Shown: positions 56,989 to 64,000 of the stretch, piece by piece | Layout of the letters: each line of letters starts with the position of its first letter | Numbering within the stretch: position 1 is the stretch's first letter | Assembly: GCA_039177555.1 (NCBI GenBank) | Contig: JBCDFV010000023.1 | Coordinates: 4,898-68,897 of the forward strand | DNA length: 64,000 nucleotides | DNA from: Pseudomonadota bacterium | GTDB lineage: Bacteria; Pseudomonadota; Alphaproteobacteria; DSM-16000; Inquilinaceae | Direction: 5' to 3' | The notes under the pieces: generated by a model | What the model was told of the DNA's origin: nothing | The model's input: the letters and a program-made list of their open reading frames with translations, nothing else | Databases searched by the model: none | Made by a program: the position numbers and the translations under genes

Positions 56989-58620
56989 TCAGGGGACGCC
57001 GGCCAAGCGGTCGCGCAACAGCTTCTTGTCGATCTTGCCGATCGGGGTGACCGGCAGGTCGGCGGCGATCTCCAACCGTTCCGGCAGTTTGAAGGCCGCG
57101 ATGCCACGCGCCGCCATGAAGGCGGTCAGATCCGGCAGGTCGGTCGTCTCGCCGTCGCGCAACACCACCACGGCGCAGATGCGCTCGCCCAATGTCGGGT
57201 CCGGCATGGCCACGGCGGCGACGTTCGCGATCGCCGGATGGGCCAGCATGACGTTCTCGATTTCCTCGGCGGAGATTTTCTCGCCGCCGCGATTGATCAG
57301 ATCCTTGATCCGCCCCTCGACGATCAGGTTGCCCGATGGGTGCCGAATGACCACGTCCCCGCTGCGGTAAAAGCCGTCTGCGGTGAAGGCGCGCGCGTTG
57401 TGCTCGTCGGCGCGGAAATAGCCGCGCAGGGTGTAGGGGCCGCGCACCAGAAGCTCCCCCGGCGCGCCGTCCGGCACCTCTTGCCCGGCCGGGTCGACGA
57501 TGCGCAGCTCGTCACCGTCCGACATCGGCCGCCCCTGAGTCTCGATCGCCAGGGAGATGTCCTCGTCCAGACGGGTGAAGTTCAGCAGCCCTTCGGCCAT
57601 GCCGAACACCTGTTGCAGCCGGCAGCCGAGCCTGTCGGGAACCTTGGCCGCCGCCTCCGGCGCAAGCCGCGCGCCGCCGACCTGCAGCAGGTCCAGGGTT
57701 GAAAGATCGGCGCCGACCGCCGATGCTTCATCCATCCAGCGCAGGGCGATGGCGGGCACGACGGCGGTGACCGTAATCCGCTCGCGCGCGATCAAGGGCA
57801 GCGCCGTCTTCGGGTTCGGGCTTGGCGCCAGGATCGCCGTGCCGCCGTTCTGCAAGACGCCCAGCGCGCCCGGGGATCCGTAGGGGAAGTTGTGGGCGAT
57901 CGGCAGGACCGCGAGGTAACGGGTTTCGCGATCAAAGCCGCATAGGGACGCGGAGCGGGTGAAGTTATAGGCGTAGTCGTCATGGGTGCGCGGGATCAGC
58001 TTCGGCAAGCCGGTCGTGCCGCCTGACAAGAGGAAAAGGGCAACCGACCCCGGGTCGGGGCGCAACCTATCCAGCCGGTCGACCTCACCCGGTGTCGGGG
58101 CCGCGTGTTTCAGCAGAGTCTCGATCGACACGGTGTCGCCTTCGGCGTCCTGATCGGTCAAGACCCGGTCCAGCGTCGCATGGGTGCCGCGCATCTCGCG
58201 GGCCAGGCCCAGATAGTCGAAGCGCGCCATATCGGCCGGCACCGCATAGGCGCTGGCCTCCGCCAGGTCGATCAGATGGCCGATTTCGCTGCGCCGATGG
58301 GCGGGCAGGGCCAGAACCGGGATCGCGCCGATGCGATAGAGCGCAAAGCACAACAGCATGAACGCGCCTTCGTTCGGCAACTGCACCACGACCCGCTGGC
58401 CCGGCTGCAGGCCACTGTCCAGCAGGCCCAGCGCCAAGCGGTCGACCAGATCCGCCAGCCGTCGATAGCTAAGCCGTGTCTCGCCCCAGACCAGCGCCTC
58501 CGCGTCGCCATAGCGTCCGGCCCAATCACGCGGCAGATCGCCCAGCCGGATGCCGGCCCAATACCCCCGCTCGCGATAATACCGCGCCAGATCGGCCGGC
58601 CAGGGCGTGAAGCCCTCCAT
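56989..58620 (-). CDS. aryl-acid adenylating enzyme (DhbE/EntE-like 2,3-dihydroxybenzoate/salicylate-AMP ligase family)
   Basis: 543 aa. The N-terminus is FTPWPADLARYYRERGYW. AMP-binding motifs are LLSGGTTGLPKLIPRTH, YRSGD and KDLINRGGEKIS. Confidence 0.85.
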   Translation of the reverse strand: MEGFTPWPADLARYYRERGYWAGIRLGDLPRDWAGRYGDAEALVWGETRLSYRRLADLVDRLALGLLDSGLQPGQRVVVQLPNEGAFMLLCFALYRIGAIPVLALPAHRRSEIGHLIDLAEASAYAVPADMARFDYLGLAREMRGTHATLDRVLTDQDAEGDTVSIETLLKHAAPTPGEVDRLDRLRPDPGSVALFLLSGGTTGLPKLIPRTHDDYAYNFTRSASLCGFDRETRYLAVLPIAHNFPYGSPGALGVLQNGGTAILAPSPNPKTALPLIARERITVTAVVPAIALRWMDEASAVGADLSTLDLLQVGGARLAPEAAAKVPDRLGCRLQQVFGMAEGLLNFTRLDEDISLAIETQGRPMSDGDELRIVDPAGQEVPDGAPGELLVRGPYTLRGYFRADEHNARAFTADGFYRSGDVVIRHPSGNLIVEGRIKDLINRGGEKISAEEIENVMLAHPAIANVAAVAMPDPTLGERICAVVVLRDGETTDLPDLTAFMAARGIAAFKLPERLEIAADLPVTPIGKIDKKLLRDRLAGVP

Positions 58621-58623
58621 GTC

Positions 58624-59430
58624 TCACCACCCCCTGGCGCGAAAGCCGAGCGCGGCCGAAAGCTCAGCCGTCGTCTCGCGCAAGACCGAGCGGGCGCCAT
58701 GCTTCTCGCTCGTCAGCGCGGGGTCGGGGCCGGTCAGCGTGATGGCCGCGGCCGCCTCGCCTTGCAAATCCAGGATCGGGCTGGCGATGGCGCTGAGGCC
58801 GGGAATGACCGCGCCGTCCACCCACGCCAAGCGGCTGGCGCGGCAGTTGGCTATGCTCTCCGTGTCCACCAGATGCTCTCCCTCGCGCGCAACGGCCCCG
58901 GCCGTGACACTGGTCGGCAGAAACGACAGGAAAACCAGACCGGTGGCCGACCGGGTCGCCGGCAAGGTTGATCCCAGCCCCAGCGAGGTGACGAAGGGCA
59001 TCGGCGCGCGTTGCCAGCGCACGATGGTCGGTCCCCGGTCCGCCCAAACGGACAACAGCGCCGTCGACTTGGTGCGGACGGCCAGGGTCAAGAGGCGCGG
59101 TTCCGCAATCGCGACGATGTCCAGGCGGCTGAGTGCCGCTAAGCCGATTTTCAAAGCCAGCGGCCCAAGATCGTAGTCGCCGCCGCTGCGTTCGTGCTTG
59201 ACCAGGCCGGCATCGACGAAGCCCGCCAGGTGCCGGTGGGCGGTGCTGGCGCCCACGCCGGCCCCGGCGGCCAACTCCGTCAGGCTCAAGGGTCCGTCGG
59301 CGGCGGCCAGAAGGCTTAGAAGACGCATGCCGGTATCGGTCGATTTGAGGCCACGGCGCTCTTGACGGCGTTGGCGCGGTCGTCCGCGCGGGATCGCTTC
59401 GCCGTCAGGCATCATCGCGGTGCTCCGCAT
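58624..59430 (-). CDS. IclR-family transcriptional regulator
   Basis: The wHTH is GMRLLSLLAAADGPLSLTELAAGAGVGASTAHRHL, followed by an IclR effector domain. The start is uncertain (59430, 59415 or 59412) and all three overlap the upstream gene. Confidence 0.85.
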   Translation of the reverse strand: MRSTAMMPDGEAIPRGRPRQRRQERRGLKSTDTGMRLLSLLAAADGPLSLTELAAGAGVGASTAHRHLAGFVDAGLVKHERSGGDYDLGPLALKIGLAALSRLDIVAIAEPRLLTLAVRTKSTALLSVWADRGPTIVRWQRAPMPFVTSLGLGSTLPATRSATGLVFLSFLPTSVTAGAVAREGEHLVDTESIANCRASRLAWVDGAVIPGLSAIASPILDLQGEAAAAITLTGPDPALTSEKHGARSVLRETTAELSAALGFRARGW

Positions 59431-60541
59431 CGTACGTGGCCATGAATTTCGGGGCGATTTGGCGCAGCCTGTCGTCGCTGACGCGGCCGCTGCGCGTCAT
59501 ATAGGCGTGGGCGAGATCGACGGCGCTAAGCGGCATCAGGTCGGCAAACCGCTCGTACCAATCAAAGCTGTTCGCGGCCGCGGCCAGCAGCTTGTCCACG
59601 ACCGGCCGGCGTTCCTGCTCGAACCGCTGCAATCCTGCCGGGACGTCGTCGCCGACAGCCTCGAACGCGCGATAAAGGGCGATGGCGTCTTCCAGCGCCA
59701 GGCGGGTACCGGACCCGATGGAAAAATGCACGCTGCGCAGGGCGTCGCCGATCAGCACCATGTTGTCATGGGTCCAGTGCCGGTTGGTCACCACCGGAAA
59801 GCGGCGCCAGATCGACTTGTTGGCCACCAGACCGTGGCCGTCCAGATCCGGCGCGAACAGCCGGCCGCAATAGTCCAAACTGTCCCGCTCCGCCCAGTCC
59901 GACAGGGGTGCACGCTGCCAGGTCGCTTCGTCGCATTCGACGATGAAGGTGCTGAAATTCGGCTGATAGCGGTAGTGGTGGGCGACGAAACAGCCATGTT
60001 CGTTCTGCCGAAAGGTCAGGGTCAGCGTGTCGAACGGTTGGCGGGTGCCGTACCAGGCAAAGCGGTTGGTCAGATGACTGATCTGCGGCTGGAAATGCTC
60101 CGCGCGCTGTTCCCGGACCAACGAGCCGATCCCGTCCGCCCCGACGATGAGGTCGTAGTCTGAAAGACCGGAGACGTCCGACAGGCGGCTATTGAAGGCG
60201 AGCCGGACCCCGGCAGTCCGACACAGCGCCTGCAGGATTTCCAGCAGGTCAAGACGCCCGATGCCGGTGAAGCCGTTGCCGTCGATCGCGACCCGCTGGT
60301 CACGGTGAACGATCGCCAAATCGTCCCAGACCTCCATCTTCTGCCGAATGGTCGCATAGCTGGCCGCGTCCGCCTCTTCCAGATAGCTCAGCGCGGCATC
60401 GGAGAAGACAACCCCAAAGCCAAAGGTGGCGTCCGGCGCATTCTGCTCGATAACGGTGATGTCGTGGCCCGCGCCGTCCCGGTTCATCAGATAGGCGAAG
60501 TACAATCCCGCCGGCCCGCCACCGACGATGGCGATCTTCAT
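59405..60541 (-). CDS. FAD-dependent monooxygenase resembling the monooxygenase half of aryl-CoA (salicylyl-/2-aminobenzoyl-CoA) hydroxylases
   Basis: 378 aa with MKIAIVGGGPAGLYFAYLM, FGFGVVFSD, GADGIGS and VLIGDALRSVHFSIGSGTRLALEDA. There is no C-terminal OYE-type reductase domain. Confidence 0.8.
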   Translation of the reverse strand: MKIAIVGGGPAGLYFAYLMNRDGAGHDITVIEQNAPDATFGFGVVFSDAALSYLEEADAASYATIRQKMEVWDDLAIVHRDQRVAIDGNGFTGIGRLDLLEILQALCRTAGVRLAFNSRLSDVSGLSDYDLIVGADGIGSLVREQRAEHFQPQISHLTNRFAWYGTRQPFDTLTLTFRQNEHGCFVAHHYRYQPNFSTFIVECDEATWQRAPLSDWAERDSLDYCGRLFAPDLDGHGLVANKSIWRRFPVVTNRHWTHDNMVLIGDALRSVHFSIGSGTRLALEDAIALYRAFEAVGDDVPAGLQRFEQERRPVVDKLLAAAANSFDWYERFADLMPLSAVDLAHAYMTRSGRVSDDRLRQIAPKFMATYDAEHRDDA

Positions 60542-60588
60542 GTCGGCTCCGCGTCAAGGTAAGGGTTCGATTGCCGTGACCTTACCAG

Positions 60589-60607
60589 ATTTCCATATTG
60601 AGGAAAT
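60589..60607. promoter_or_regulatory. AT-rich inverted repeat upstream of the monooxygenase operon (candidate operator)
   Basis: ATTTCC-ATATTGA-GGAAAT lies 48-66 nt upstream of the start at 60541. An additional 7-bp inverted repeat GGTAAGG...CCTTACC lies at about 60558-60586. Confidence 0.3.
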
Positions 60608-60791
60608 AATTTTGCAATCCAGAAAACGGTCGGTTGCCTTAGGCTGAGGTGGTCGGGTGGGGACGGTTTGTGAGACGACCGAAAGCCGCCGATGCGGCTT
60701 GAGCGAGAAACACAGCGATTGCCTGACGCGCGGCGAAAACTCTGCTATGGTCGGATAACAACGCGTTACGATGATGCTTTGAGGCGAAGAT

Positions 60792-61205
60792 ATGATCGAT
60801 CTGGAACAGCGCTGCGTCGATGCTGGCTTGAAGATGACCGGCCAACGGCGGCTTATCCTTCAGGTTCTGTCGGAAGCGCAGGACCATCCGAATGTGGAAA
60901 CCGTGTTTGAGCGTGCGCGCGATATCGATTCGTCGGTCAGCATCGCGACGGTCTATCGCACGCTGCATCTGCTGGACGAGATGAACCTGGTCCAAAGGCA
61001 CGATTTCAACGAGAACTATTCCCGGTTCGAGGCCAATCTCGACCACCACCACCATCTGATCGACCTGGAAACCGGCCGCGTGATCGAGTTCCAGGATGAG
61101 GAACTGGAAGAGTTGAAGGAACGGATCGCGGCCCGGCTTGGCTACGATCTGGTCGACCACCGGCTGGAACTCTACGGCCGCAAGACGAAGAAAAGCGCGT
61201 CGTGA
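60792..61205 (+). CDS. irr: Fur-family iron response regulator (Irr type)
   Basis: 137 aa with GLKMTGQRRLILQVL, ATVYRTLHLL and the His cluster DHHHHLIDLETGRVIEF. The C-terminus is LVDHRLELYG, typical of alphaproteobacterial Irr. Confidence 0.85.
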   Translation: MIDLEQRCVDAGLKMTGQRRLILQVLSEAQDHPNVETVFERARDIDSSVSIATVYRTLHLLDEMNLVQRHDFNENYSRFEANLDHHHHLIDLETGRVIEFQDEELEELKERIAARLGYDLVDHRLELYGRKTKKSAS

Positions 61206-61411
61206 CCGACGATTGGGAAAGCGGGGAAGAGGCCTGCCGGTGTCGCGCCGCGGTTACGCGTGCGTACCGGACCCTATGTGATTCCGGCCAGGCCGAGAGC
61301 AGGGCCTACGAAGCGGCCGTGCGCATCTATCGGTTTTACCACCCGGAGGCGGCGCCCGGCGCTGCAGCGGGTGCGGTCGAGCGCTGGGTTGCCTCGGGCA
61401 CGGTGCACTGA
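61202..61411 (+). CDS. small hypothetical protein (69 aa, three Cys), translationally coupled to irr
   Basis: GTG 61202 overlaps the irr stop (GTGA). Third-position G+C is high, like the neighbours. There is a CxC motif at residues 12-14. I recognise no homologue. Confidence 0.4.
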   Translation: MTDDWESGEEACRCRAAVTRAYRTLCDSGQAESRAYEAAVRIYRFYHPEAAPGAAAGAVERWVASGTVH

Positions 61412-61656
61412 CGGCCCGGTTGGGACCGTTTCTTCCGGCCTTTAGCACCCGGATGCCAGCGTCGGGATATGCCAGGGCTTTTGGCACGTGCGGTGGCCGC
61501 CAAGCGCAGTCGTAACGGGCGTTTGGCAGACGTCCATCGCCGGCTGGTGCTCGACCAAAACGCATCTCGCCGATGCCCCGCATGTGCCGCGCTTTCGCTT
61601 CGGCACGTAGCGATGCGTGCCGGCGGGCGGTTACCTCACGCTGACGGCGGGTCCCG

Positions 61657-63327
61657 ATGATCGCGCGCTTGCGGCTTTGGTCGGGGCTGTTTCTGCTGGT
61701 CTTCGTGGTCTGCCATCTGCTGAACCACATTCTCGGCATCGTTTCGCTGTCGGCCATGGAGGCGGGGCTGCAGGTGTTCGCTGTGGTTTGGTCGAACACC
61801 CCGATGGTGACGCTGTTGACGTTCGCCTTTGTGCTGCACCTGGCCTTGGCGCTGTGGTCGCTCTATCGCCGGCGAACCCTCCGCATGACGGGGTGGGAGT
61901 TGTGGCAGATCGCGCTTGGCATGGCGGTGCCGTTTTTGCTGATCGAGCATATGATCGGCACGATCGGGGCGCAGATGGGCGAGGGTGTGCTGCTCAGCTA
62001 CGCCCTGGTCCTCGCCGCCTATTGGGTCTTCACCCCGTGGCTCATCGTCGTGCAACTCGCCCTGGTCGTCACCGCTTGGGTGCACGGGGTCATCGGCATG
62101 CATTTCTGGCTTAGGCTGAAGCCTTGGTACCCGCCGCTGGTAAGGCCGCTATCGATCGCGGCCATTCTTCTTCCGGCGCTCGCCATCGCCGGCTTCATCT
62201 CCGCCGGGGTGGAGGTTCAGCGCTTGGCTGCCGAGCAGGGTTGGGTCGCGGGGGTCTTAAGCGACGCCCGCATCACGCCGGAGGTGGCCGAACGGCTGGG
62301 CCGCTCGATCAATGTCGGCTACCTCTCGCTGGTTGCCCTCTACGCGCTGGTCTTCGTCGCCCGCGCGATCCGCATCTTAATCGAAAAGCGCAGCCGGAGG
62401 CCCCGGCTAACCTATGCCAGCGGCCAGCGGGTGGAGATCGAGCCTGGTGCGACCGTGCTGGAAACCAGCCGCCAGTACGGTATTCCGCATGCCTCGGTCT
62501 GTGGGGGACGCGGGCGCTGTTCGACCTGTCGCATTCGCGTCGGCGCGGGCGGCGAGGCCCTGCCGGCGCCCGACGAGGCCGAACAGCGCGTGCTGACCCG
62601 CATCGGCGCGCCGCCGGGCGTGCGGCTGGCTTGCCAGGTCCGACCCACGGCCGACCTTCAGGTCGCGCCGCTGCTGCCGCCCAACGCCGGCACGGATGTC
62701 GCCTATCGGCCCCAGGCGGTGCTGCAGGGCCAGGAGCGCACGATCGCCATCCTGTTCGCCGACATGCGCGGTTTCACCAGCCTGTCGGAAGGCCGGCTGC
62801 CCTATGATACGGTTTTCGTCTTGAACAGGTATTTCGAGATGATGGGTCAGGCGGTGGAAAGCACCGGCGGTGTCCTGGACAAGTTCATCGGCGACGGCGT
62901 CATGGCGCTGTTCGGCGTCAGCCGGGGTGGCCAGCAGGGCAGCCGTCAGGCGCTGGACGCGGTCCGTGCGATGAATGAGGGCCTGATCCGGCTGAACGAA
63001 TCCCTGGCCGCCGACCTGCCGGCGCCGATGCGCATCGCCGTCGGCATCCATGTCGGGCCGGTGATCGTCGGCGAACTGGGCTACGGCAAGGCCAAGTCCT
63101 TCACCGCCATCGGCGACGCCGTGAACACCGCCAGCCGGCTGGAGGGGTTGGCGAAGGCGAACGATGTCCAGCTTGTCGTTTCCGAAGCGGTCGCCGCCGC
63201 GGCCTCGATCGATCTGGGCGCCTTTCCGCTGGAACAGGCAGAGGTGAAGGGCAAGTCCGATCGGGTGTCGGTCCGGCTGATCGCATCGGCGGGCGATTTG
63301 CCGACGCAACAACTGGCGGCGGAGTAG
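61657..63327 (+). CDS. membrane-anchored [2Fe-2S] ferredoxin-domain class III adenylate/guanylate cyclase
   Basis: 556 aa. The N-terminal ~240 aa have about 6 hydrophobic helices with conserved-looking His (CHLLNH, LIEHMIG, WVHGVIGMH). The ferredoxin motif is CGGRGRCSTCRIRV...LACQV. The cyclase motifs are AILFADMRGFTSL, KFIGDGVMALFG and GDAVNTASRLE. Confidence 0.85.
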   Translation: MIARLRLWSGLFLLVFVVCHLLNHILGIVSLSAMEAGLQVFAVVWSNTPMVTLLTFAFVLHLALALWSLYRRRTLRMTGWELWQIALGMAVPFLLIEHMIGTIGAQMGEGVLLSYALVLAAYWVFTPWLIVVQLALVVTAWVHGVIGMHFWLRLKPWYPPLVRPLSIAAILLPALAIAGFISAGVEVQRLAAEQGWVAGVLSDARITPEVAERLGRSINVGYLSLVALYALVFVARAIRILIEKRSRRPRLTYASGQRVEIEPGATVLETSRQYGIPHASVCGGRGRCSTCRIRVGAGGEALPAPDEAEQRVLTRIGAPPGVRLACQVRPTADLQVAPLLPPNAGTDVAYRPQAVLQGQERTIAILFADMRGFTSLSEGRLPYDTVFVLNRYFEMMGQAVESTGGVLDKFIGDGVMALFGVSRGGQQGSRQALDAVRAMNEGLIRLNESLAADLPAPMRIAVGIHVGPVIVGELGYGKAKSFTAIGDAVNTASRLEGLAKANDVQLVVSEAVAAAASIDLGAFPLEQAEVKGKSDRVSVRLIASAGDLPTQQLAAE

Positions 63328-63334
63328 CCAGACC

Positions 63335-64000
63335 ATGTCACGGGTCGCCAGTCTCGTTTCCAACCGCTTGTTTCGGCCGCGGGCGGCTCTGCTTTTTTTC
63401 TGGGCGCTGCTGGCCTGTCTCGCCGTCCTTCCGCTGGGGTCCGCCCTCGGCCAGTTGACGATAGCGGTGGAGGAAGCCGCGCCGTCGGAACCGACACCGG
63501 AAATGCAGGCGGCCGAGATCGACGACATGATCGCGGTCTTGGAGGACGAAGCGGCGCGGCAACAGCTGATCGATCAGCTGCAGTTGATGCGGGAGGCGCT
63601 GGGGCCGCAGGAGGAGAGCTTCGAGGCCGGGCGCGGCTTTCTGAATTTCGTATCGGAACGCATGGCGCATGTCGGCGATCGCCTGTCGGAGATCGGGCAT
63701 GCCGTGCGGGGCCTTCCGGACATCCTGGTCTGGATCGAGGCCATGCTGGGCAGCAGCATCATATTGCTGCGCTGGCTCGACCTGACGCTCAGCATCGTGC
63801 TGGTTCTGGGCATCGGCTATGTCGTACGGCTCGTCATCGCCCGCCTTGCCGTTCGCTACCGGGACGAAATCGGTGCCCGGCCCCCGCGACAATCGCGGGT
63901 CGCCCGCATACCCCTGGGCTTGGCGCGATTGGCGATCGACTTGGCGCCGTTGATCGGCTTCGTGCTCGGCGCGACCGTTACCATCGTGCTGCTCAACCAG
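63335..64000 (+). CDS. membrane protein, probably the N-terminal part of an MscS-family mechanosensitive channel (partial, runs off window)
   Basis: The frame is open from ATG 63335 to the window end (222 codons). It has a signal or TM segment, a coiled region LEDEAARQQLIDQLQLMREAL as seen in MscS-like N-termini, and further TM helices. Confidence 0.45.
   Translation, partial: MSRVASLVSNRLFRPRAALLFFWALLACLAVLPLGSALGQLTIAVEEAAPSEPTPEMQAAEIDDMIAVLEDEAARQQLIDQLQLMREALGPQEESFEAGRGFLNFVSERMAHVGDRLSEIGHAVRGLPDILVWIEAMLGSSIILLRWLDLTLSIVLVLGIGYVVRLVIARLAVRYRDEIGARPPRQSRVARIPLGLARLAIDLAPLIGFVLGATVTIVLLNQ

Overview
High-G+C (about 70% in typical stretches) bacterial DNA, most likely from an alphaproteobacterium, because an Irr-type Fur regulator is present. 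It reads as an accessory catabolic region of a chromosome or chromid. I support about 60 protein-coding genes. They include two ribose-type sugar ABC importers, two family-5 (peptide/opine-type) ABC importers, one orphan type-1 solute-binding protein, and many oxidoreductases (SDR, GMC, Gfo/Idh/MocA, MDR). Eight one-component regulators are present: XRE-cupin, LacI, SorC, GntR, two IclR, and Irr. I found no rRNA, tRNA, CRISPR array, transposase, integrase or phage gene.

Observations worth a second look:
1. A 2.4-kb AT-rich islet (14.65-17.09 kb, locally about 33% G+C) carries a family-2 sulfotransferase convergent with a Walker-A P-loop/SAM-methyltransferase fusion protein. It has no mobility genes or pathway context.
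2. A membrane (His-rich)-[2Fe-2S] ferredoxin-class III nucleotide cyclase lies next to irr and a translationally coupled small Cys-containing ORF.
3. A GntR-controlled locus couples a family-5 ABC importer to a cytoplasmic Cys-type sulfatase, a PhyH-type dioxygenase and two DHDPS/NAL-family lyases.
4. A SorC-controlled locus has a split transketolase, an FGGY kinase and two SDRs.
5. A 26-bp operator is repeated (22/26 identical) in front of an M28 peptidase gene and a racemase/ABC operon, flanking an IclR gene.
6. An SDR gene is frameshifted in a G7 run.
7. A stand-alone aryl-CoA-monooxygenase-like gene sits in an operon with a DhbE-like adenylating enzyme.

All functional calls come from reading motifs in the supplied translations. 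No database search was run.
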